Assembly: GCA_964016885.1 (NCBI GenBank)
Contig: OZ024741.1
Location: forward strand, 113,708,001-113,772,000
DNA: 64,000 nt
Direction: 5' to 3'
Source of the DNA: Eledone cirrhosa
Taxonomy: Eukaryota
Positions 54,407 through 64,000 of this stretch are shown here, piece by piece (position 1 is the stretch's first letter; every line of letters begins with the position of its first letter). The notes below the pieces were generated by a model. That model saw only the letters and a list, made by a program, of their open reading frames with translations, was not told the DNA's origin and did not search any database. A program made the translations under genes and the position numbers.

Positions 54407-56857
54407 CATCATCATCATCATCACCGTTTTACGTCCGTTCTTCCATGCTAGCATGGGTTATATATATATATATAACATCATCGTTTAACGTCCATCTTCC
54501 ATGTTAGTATATATATATATCATTTTACATCCATTTACCATGTTGGCATGAATTGGTTCAGTTTCTATGACTGGGTTGGATAGGACACCCATTCTAATGC
54601 TAACCCTTTTACAGAGTATACTGGGTGCATTTTATTGTGGCACCAGTGCTACCACTTTACACTAGAGGAAATAAGGCACTTGCAATAAATTACTGTTTGA
54701 TCATGCTTACTTCTCATACCATTAAAGTATTTGACAGTCAGGTGTTCTCAACAATAACTGACTTCCTGAATTCACCAACTGCATTCCAATTTTCAAATTT
54801 TCCCAACCAGATATACATTCAGATATATGTGTATATATATATATACATGCATTTACACACGCACACATATATAGATAGATATAGATATATGTATATATGT
54901 ATATATATAAATGTAATTGCATGTATATATATATATACATATATAACAATATGTATATATATATACCTGCATTTACACACACACACATATATATATATAC
55001 ATGTACACATTTGTATATGTGAATGTCTATGTATGTACATGTATGTATCTATGTATATATGTGTGATGTGAATGATTATTTGTAAATTAGTTTTCAATGT
55101 TTCTCATTTTTCTTTTTGACAATCTTTTCTTTTTTTTTCCTGTTTATCTTTATTTTTCATATACATTTTTTCTTTTTGGTGGTGGAGTTGGCGGTGGTGG
55201 AGGAGAATGTTCAGTTATCGATTCAATTTGCTTGTTTCCTTTCTTATACTTTTTAAGTTGGATTTAGTTAATCTTGCAACAATAATAGGATAATGTTGTT
55301 ATTATTGTTGTTAATAATAATAATAATCGCAATAGTATTTGATAATATTAATGATAATAATAATAATAATATCAATGATAAACAGAAAGCCACTTGCAAA
55401 TGAAAGCAATGCATTCACTGTTGAACTTTAATCTTGTAAAGAATATATAAAAAAAATGATGCCAGTGTTTGAGAATGTTTGTGTATCAATGCATGTGTGA
55501 CACACACATGCATACACACACTCATGGACAGACACACACACACACACATATAAATATAGATATATGTATATATGTGTGTGTGTATATGTATGTAAACATC
55601 TGCATGTATGTATGTGTGTGTGTATATATATATATATCATCATCAGTTTTGCATTAGTTTTTCCATGTTAGCATCTGCCCCCCCCCCCCTCTGTCTCTGA
55701 TTCTAAATATGTGCACGCACACACACATATTTACATGCAACCTTTCATGCAACCTTATATTCGTACATATACATATGAATACTTATATATGCATCTGTAT
55801 AATAACATCCCCATATATATAATACACATGCACATGTTTATGTATATATGCATAATTGCATATATGTATTTATATGTGCGTACATATGTTAGTGTGTATG
55901 TGCACATTTGTGTATGTATATGTTTGTCTGTAGATCACTTTTTATTTTATTTTATTTATCTATTTATATATTATTAGTATTATTTTTTATCCCAAATTCT
56001 TGATAATTTTTCAAAATCAGATAAACAGAATAGAAACATCCTTTAGAATTTATTTAAATACAAAACAAAAACTCACAGTCTGACTTAAACATCGTATTGT
56101 AAACGTTTGACTTTTGTGTATGCAAATATTCTGAACATCAATTTATCATTTTAACTTTTAGAAATTGACACTAAACTAAACAATTCTGAAGATTTTTATC
56201 AATCTCCGTTTCATGGAGATCACACACAGAAACAAGATTACAATACTTGTTACAATTGTAAATTCCTCAGTTTCCATGACTTTATATTTTGGCTTCAAAT
56301 CACACAAGTGTTAACATTGTGTTTTTATCCTGTTTTTAGGAGAAATTTTGAATAAAATCAAAATTTAGGTTAACATCACTGATCCTGATCCTCTAAATCT
56401 TGATGGAGTCACATGGGCATTGTTATACAGCCTGTACTGGGCATTTTAAATGAGGCAGCATCCATCCATCTCTGGGTTGAATCAGTTGATTTCTTCTAAA
56501 GATAGATGGAGAAGGTGAGAGAGAGATTAAGAAGAATTGACTTCTAGTACTGAACTGGTACTTTATCAAGCCTGAAAAGGTGAAAGGCTATGTTAGTCTC
56601 AGCAGGATTTGAACTCAGAATACAAGGAGCTCCAATGAATACTGCAAAGTATTTTATCTGACTGGTGCTGTAATAAAATGCATCCAGTACATTCTGTAAA
56701 ATGAGTTGTATTACGAAGGGTATCCAATCTAAGAATTACATAGTCTTCTAATCAATCTAGGAGAGCAGTAACTTCAAATAAGAACTGATGCAGACTGTGA
56801 AGGTCCAGCAAACAAAATAGATGATATATATATGTGTGCGTGTGTGTGTGTGTGTGA

Positions 56858-57150
56858 AGGTGCATGGCTTAGTGGTTAAAGCATTGGGTTTGCAATTGAG
56901 AGGTGATGCATTGTTTCCTTGAGTAAGACACTTTATTTCATGTCACTCCAGTTCACTCAGCTGTAGAAATGAGTTGCGACATCACTGCTGCCAAGCTATA
57001 TCAGCCATTGCCTTCCCTCAGACAACATCAGTGGCTTGGAGAAGGGAGACTGGTATGCTTGAGTGACTGCTGGTCTTCCGCAAACAAATCTTGCCCAGGC
57101 TTGGCCTTGGAGGAAAACGTTTTAGGTGAAACGCTTTGTCTCACGAGATA
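56858..57150 (+). mobile_element. Related CORE-type SINE with a different 3' tail
   Basis: Same head and core up to cagctgtagaaatgag, then an unrelated tail. Confidence 0.75.
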
Positions 57151-60100
57151 AACCACAACAGAAACACAAACCCTCCATCTCAAGTTTACTTTTGAAAATC
57201 GTAAGAACTGTGAAACCGGTAAATTAAGTAAATAAATATTCCTAAAAGACTCCAGTTGCATTTTCAATTTCTTTTCCTTACACTGTCACCCATGTGTGAC
57301 ATCTTTTTTTTATATATATATGTATATATGTGTGAGAGAGTGTGTGTGTGTGAATATGTATATAATCCAAAGTTCCAAAAACATAAGGACTAGCATCCGA
57401 AATATTAAGACTCTTTTCCTACTATATCAAGCGTAAAACTAATAACATACATCTTCGTTGTACTGTGTCGTTTGCTTTGTTATTTCTGTTTGCCTTTTGC
57501 ATATATGTATATATGTATATATATATATATGATGATGATGATATATATATATATATATATATAAGGATTAATATTGTCAGATAGTTGATATCATTACCAT
57601 CTCATGTCTCTCACAAAACATCAGTTTGATGTTGCTTTAGTGGCCTAGCAGGGAATTGTGAATACATTACTAGTGATTACTACGAGAAGAATATTTAAGT
57701 AAAACAGCAATCATCCTTCATCATCATCATCATCATCACGTTAAACGATGATGATGATGAAGGATGATTGCTGTTTTAGTTAAATATTCTTCTCGTAGTA
57801 ATCACTAGTAATGTATTCACAATTCCCTGCTAGTCCACTAAAGCAACATCAAGCTGATGTTTGCGAGAGACATGAGATGGTAATGTTATCAACTATCTGA
57901 CAATATTAACCCTTTTCTTACTATATTTCTAATGAAAGACGCTGCCTATGATATTCAAATAATTTTGAAAAGGCATTTAATAATATAACTAAATTTTTCA
58001 TTAAGCTAGTCTTTAGTGCAGTGGATTGGCAATATCGGTAGCATGTCAGACAACATGCTTTGCAACATCTAGTTATGGCCCTTTATATTCTGTGTTCAAA
58101 TCCTACGAAGTTTAACTTTACCCTGCATCCTTATGGGGTCAATGAAATAAAGTATCACAAACTCACTGGGGTCGATTTAATCAGAAACCATTATGATATA
58201 CTTGAGGATCTTTATCCCCATCTTTTATAATACAATACTACATAAACTTTTGATTTTATATGATTCTATATATTATAAAGTGTTTATCTTCATCATTTTC
58301 ATTTATGTCAGTTTTCTATGTTGGCATGGGTTAGATGGATACATACACTTTTAATCTTTTACTAGTTTCAGTCATTAGACAGCCCTAACACTTTTGTGAC
58401 CATATTTCCAATGAAATACACTATTTTAATTAATTAATGGCAAACTTTGAGGGTTTTAATAAAATTATTAATTATTTCATTACTTAGTAACACAACTAAT
58501 TGCTCTTATATAGAATTATGTTGGAAAATTTTAATTTAAATAGTAACCCTTTAAAATGGGTAGTTTTGTTTCCTTGACCCAGAGCTGGTATAAAGTGTTA
58601 TATCAAACCTACTACTTATTTTTTCAATATGGGTACTTATATATTTTATCAAATGCTTTTTTCACAAACTGCTTTGTCTTGGGTTGTAAAAACACACACA
58701 CACAACTGATATACACAATTTATTTCACTCAGGAACTTTAAAGATTATACATCCTGGAATCAAACCCAAGATATTATAATCATACGCCTAAGACTTTAAC
58801 CACTAAGCTACATACTTTCACCAAATAGAAATATATATAAAATTTAAAGATATAAAGTTAAAATGCTGAAAGCATTATTGAGTGCAGGGCTATCAATAGA
58901 CACTCATATAACCAATTATATCTTGCTGAAAAACTTATCATTATAACAGTATTACTTGCTAGGATTGAAAGAATAACACTTAAGTGAACCAGTCTATACA
59001 AGACATTAAAACTGATGGATATAAACATAAAGTTGTACATAAAACCATAACAAAGCTAATATAGTAATGCTTGCCTTTGATTTAAGTGCATTTAAAATCA
59101 TTGATGCCATATCTTTTTGAAAATAACAACGCATATGCCATTGTGTCAAATGTAAGAACCTGACTTGAGCAAGAAAAATTAAGTTCACTTAGTGAAACTG
59201 CCTTGCTTTACAGACTCTGATAATATTATATATATGTATGCATGTTATGTGATCTCCCAGCCTCTCTAGAAAAAATGATCAGATATGTATCAGGGTGATG
59301 TAGTCTTCCATCTTCTCTAGGACAAATGTAACTATGAGTGGGATGTGATCTCTGGACCTCTCTAAGAGAACAATGATTTCAAATAAGAACTGGCTAACAT
59401 TATAATGACCAGTGCAACCCATGCCAGCATGAAAAAACAGATGTAAAATGATGATGGCAGTGATGATAGTCGTGTTGATGATGATGGTGGCGATTATAAT
59501 GGTAGCGATGATGATGATAAAGGATATCTCAAAGCATTTTTTTAAATAACAAGACATTACCGTATGTATTTTTAGAAATAATAGTTTGGTTGTTGCATCA
59601 ATAGGACTTATTAAAGTGGTAATTACTATTAGAACACCTTGTATACCGTTGTGTTTACCTAATAATAAGACGGCAAATTGGCAGAGTTATTGAGTCGTCA
59701 AATTAAAAATACCTCAGTATTTGTTCTGACTCACTGCACTCTTAGTTCATCATATCCTGCAGAGGTCAACTTTGCATTTCATCCTTTCCAGGTTGATAAA
59801 TAAAAAGAAACCAGTACTTGGGTCAATTCTTTCTCTTTTCCCTTGTCTTTCTTTCTCTGAAAGAAATTGGTTGTGTTCCAGCCTGGAGATGGGTGAACTA
59901 CTCCAGGTTTCACCATTTAATTACCATATTTCTAATGAAATACACTCAATTTTAATTAATTAATGAAGAATTTTTTAATTAATTAATTCATTACTAAGGG
60001 AGTAACTTAACATAGTTGCTATGTAAAATTTATATAAGATTATAACTTAAATAAGGAAACTTTTGAAATGGGGGGGGGGGGTTAAAAGAAACAACTGGTT

Positions 60101-60379
60101 TTGAGTGGGTTGGTGCCAAAAGGGTTAAACTAAAATGGCCAAGATACACTATGTAAGAGGAGGATACCCTTATGACTCCCTCAAGAGTTAAGGGATAAAA
60201 AATATATATATATGTACGTGTGTGTGTATAATTGAAAGAAGAAAGCAATCAATACATCATGTGGAAGATGAGTATTTATATTAACAGTTTGCCTTAACTC
60301 TAGACTACAAGAGGTTTGAAATCTAAATCATCACGCCTTGGAAGTGCTGGTAGTTTAGAGTTAAGCCAAACTCATCATC

Positions 60380-61200
60380 ATCATTATAATCATCATCATT
60401 TTTACGACCAATTTTCCATCCTTACATGTGTAGGATGGGTCCTTTTCAGCACAGTGTCCCTCCACTCACCATGTTCTTTCATCATCTTTTCTGTTAGTTT
60501 CAGTGATTTGAAATCAGCTTTCACCACCTCTGCCCAGGCCTTCCTTGGCCTACCTCTACTGCAACTTCATACTACAGGGATTTCCTGGCACTTCTTCACC
60601 CAGCGATCATCATCCATGCACATAATATGTCTGTGCCAAAGCTGTTTTCTCTCTTGCATGCCTCCTTGGATTCCTCTTAAACCTAGTTTCTCTCTCACTT
60701 TATCCAATCTCTACCTTTCTCTCACATTTACATTACACATAGAACGAAGCATGGTTGATTCATTATTCTCCATCCTATGCATGTATTCTGCAGTCACTGC
60801 CCATGTTTCACTGCCATGCAACATCACACTTTCCACACAGATGTCATGCAGAGAAACCTTTTGTTGTTAACAATAGGAATGACTCTCTAAACTTGTTCCA
60901 TTCTATCTTTATTGTAGCTATTAAGCTCTTGGAGCACCCTCTTCCACTGCTAATTAGGTCACTTAGAAAGAAAAAGCAATCAACCACTTTTATGGAACCT
61001 TCATGTAATTAGAAAAGGTTTATATCATTTATTTTTTTTCCTCTACTTTCCCTCTGCATCTTCTACATACAAAATCTTCCCCTCCTGTTTACCCATTATC
61101 CCACTATATCTCTTGTATAAACAAGATTTACATTGTGTACATTGTATAGAGTTTATGCCTTCTCTTCTACATATTGAGCAGGGCCACTTCCTTGAAGGAA
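60380..61200 (-). mobile_element. Older diverged RTE LINE fragment
   Basis: Antisense similarity to the RTE C-terminus (gtttcactgccatgcaac, gagcaccctcttccactgct) and a CAT tail. Confidence 0.7.
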
Positions 61201-61916
61201 TCATGGACCTATATTATTTCCTAGTTACTAGCATTTTAGATATATTTTGTATCTTTATTTTATTATAGAAATGACTTTTACAGGATTAGAACTGTTTCAT
61301 TCATAACAAATCATCAGGAAAGTTCTGATGATTTGTTACAAATGAAACAGTTCTACTCCTGCAGAAATCATTTCTGTAATAAAACAAAGATGCCTATACT
61401 CTACTAATATATTCACTGCATTTTTTTTACTGTGAATCCACCTATATATATATATATAAATATAAGTATGTATACGTACATACATATATGTATACAGACG
61501 TACAGTAGTATGTATATACATACATGCACACATTATATATATGTACGTATGGGTTTACCGAACATTTATTATGATGCTCGGTTTGTTTCTAAACAAACAG
61601 CCTGAATTATTAGCCGCGCAGTGTTCAGCAACCATCGTTGTCGTTTTGTCCAACACTGACAAAGGAACGATGAACTAGTTTTTAGCTTATTAGCTGTCAT
61701 CAGCACCGTATACCTTCCTATCAGTTGATTGAACGTTTGAAAGTATATACTTTCCTTATGAATATTAACGGCTAAGCAGCCTAATTTGCATATCGAGTGA
61801 GTTAGTCGGCCGGGCGTACCGAAAACGATAAATGGAAAAAATGAAATTTCATTTCTCACTCTTAGTACGGCTGATACTTAAATATAAGTATGTATACATA
61901 CATATATATACATATA

Positions 61917-63101
61917 TCTATACTATAAAGCTGACGGCCGTATGTAGGTAACAAACTTTCTGCCAAACAGCTGGACCAAACAGCACCAAATTTGCACCGT
62001 AGATGTAACTTTTTCCAAGTAAAAAGGTGAGGGTATTTTCGTCTACTGAATTTTGTTAAAAGATTAAAGACATTATTTAAATATTCACTTCTTTAAAATT
62101 TTCAAATGTCAACACTTCCGGTTATACGACATTCCTAACATCTTCACGAACCAAAGTATCATCTTCCTGTTTTCTTTCGGTTGCAACGTTTTTCGAAATA
62201 TTTACTTCTGCGTTCACAGATTTATTTTTTTAGTTTCTGAAGATCCCGTTAAGGATGAAAGCAGCGATTCTTTGCTTAAACTTTAATCTGTTATTTTAAT
62301 ATATATATAATTATATATTCGTGTACAGATATTTTTGCATACACAAAAACAAAATATAAACAAACGTATTTATTTCACGAAAGCACAGACGGTTTATCGT
62401 CATTGTTAATGCCGATATGCCACCCAAAAAGTCCTAGCCTGGCGCAAGATCAGATTTTCCAGAAGAAAAAATGTTACTCGACCAACAGAGAGACTAAGCT
62501 TCATAATTACCATCAACAAAGCTCAGGGTCAAACCCTAAAAGTCGCTAGCCTTCATCTGGGAAAACCATGGTCAATTGTTTGTTTGTTGGTTCCTTCGCG
62601 TATCACACGAAAAAAACGAAAAGTGACAATCGGAAAGTATGTACAGTATTGAGATAAGAGTATATCCAGGAAAGTTTATTGATACTAATTTTATAACACC
62701 AAAGAAGAAGAAAGACATACCATGTATGCTAATCAACTTGACTGTTATTTCTAGCAGGTTGGGAATCAACCATAAGGGATTCTCTCTGCGAGTTCGTTGT
62801 CAGTGATGATCGTGTTTCGCGGCCTATGTCTCCGATTCCAACGGTGGTTTACACACACACACACGCACATGCACACACACGAACACACACACGAACACTC
62901 ACACAAGCACATACACACACACACATATATATACACACACACACACAAACACTCACATACACACACACATATATATACACAAACACACACAAACATACAT
63001 ACACACTGTAAACAAGACAATGCATTCCATACATACATTTTCTCTTCTGCTGGTCTTCTCTTATCATTTGTTAACCTTGGCAAAGCTGGGTACCTCAGCT
63101 A

Positions 63102-63102
<1 letters not shown>
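61917..63102 (+). mobile_element. Non-autonomous Helitron (~1190 bp) sharing its 5' ~490 bp with 17230-18579
   Basis: Same 5' TCTATACTATAAAGCTGACGG; helicase motif remnant ITINKAQGQTLKV near 62505; 3' ccttggcaaagctggg..CTAG followed by T. Confidence 0.9.
62232..62282 (+). ncRNA. Hammerhead-like motif inside a Helitron (homologs 12413-12463 plus, 18191-18241 minus)
   Basis: AGTTT CTGAAGA TCC-CGTTAA-GGA-T GAA AGCA..TGCT T AAACT; the other two copies read CAGAAGA. Confidence 0.45.
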
Positions 63103-63138
<36 letters not shown>

Positions 63139-63671
63139 GTGTCTGCGTGTAAGTATATAAATAATTTAAACTAAAAGTGGATACAAATATATAAAGAAAA
63201 TAATTAGGAATACAAGTGAAAATTGAGTAACGTATTAGCACTAAATAGTTGATAAATTCTTACTGAGACAGATATTGTATTATATAAAGGAAACCAACAG
63301 AGATGCTGATGTATTAAATTGTATTTTATTTCCTTGTCTATCGTTTACACTACACAGCTCCAATTCATCAGTGTGTGAGAATGAAGTAAGTGTTGTGTAA
63401 TATCTTAGTTTAGCTGGTTGTCATCTATATTATCAGCACAGCTCTAGTTCCTTGAAATAAATAATAGAACAGAAGCTAATGACACAAAAGTTATTCAAGA
63501 AACAAAAAACACTATAAGAATTGACAGAATGTCAGAGTATATAAATTTTCAGAAATTACCAAAAAATGAAATTATAAAACTATTTATCTTCTTAATAATA
63601 AAAGTCTATACAAATATTTACATTGTTTGATATTAACTACTAATTCTGTATTTATATGGTTTCTTTTCTAG

Positions 63672-63727
63672 ATATTTCTGCCCGAGGACAGAACGACACT
63701 TCTTCATGATTTAGCCTGTATTGCCAG
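63672..63727 (+). CDS. Internal coding exon, probably of an M1-family aminopeptidase (aminopeptidase N / ENPEP / TRHDE-like), C-terminal domain
   Basis: Acceptor ttcttttctAG, donor GTaaat; 56 bp, phase 0 to phase 2; translates IFLPEDRTTLLHDLACIA(R/S), resembling the M1 helix pattern FSxxDRAxLIDDAFxLAR. A 56-bp phase 0/2 exon here matches my recollection of vertebrate M1 gene structure (not verified). Confidence 0.62.
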
Positions 63728-64000
63728 GTAAATTTATAAAAGTATTGTTAATGCTTTGCAGTATTCATTCCAGCTCTCTGCACTCTGAGTTCAAAACCCA
63801 TCAAAGTCAACTTGGCCTTTCATCTTTTAGACGTCAATAAAAAAACCAACAGTTCAGTCACATCTGCCTTTCTGTCACATCTGGCTGTGTTCAAGCCTGG
63901 GGAGGGGATGGGCTCCACCAGATTTAAAATGTCCAAGACACACTGTATATTACTAATGTGCCCATATAACTCCATGTGGAGTTACAGGGTCATTCATACA

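Noticed and set aside
56162-56355. Open frame after an AG (EIDTKLNNSEDFYQSPF..) as a host exon
   Set aside because: No M1 aminopeptidase motif expected at this position and only a weak donor.

Overview
AT-rich, microsatellite-saturated eukaryotic DNA. It is most likely octopus (coleoid cephalopod), inferred from the tRNA-derived SINEs, the RTE LINEs with (GAT)n tails and the very large (TA)n/(CAT)n tracts. Almost all ORFs in the track are microsatellite artefacts. The only convincing host-gene piece is a 56-bp plus-strand exon at 63672-63727 resembling an M1 aminopeptidase C-terminal-domain helix, so most of the window may be one very large intron. The rest is a transposon patchwork: RTE LINEs (several families, one near full length), an R4/Dong-type RLE retrotransposon with a long open ORF, an L1/Tx1 remnant, Penelope-like GIY-YIG fragments, two complete non-autonomous Helitrons, Tc1/mariner and TTAA-type MITE remnants, and two SINE families. 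The most interesting signal is a set of roughly ten hammerhead-ribozyme-like cores (CTGANGA-stem-GAAA) from several unrelated small repeat families. One family is a ~425-bp tandem monomer with a minimal type I hammerhead and an octamer motif ~75 nt upstream. Several cores sit in fold-back inversions, and one module is carried inside Helitrons. All calls were made by eye; no searches or folding were run, and repeat boundaries are approximate.
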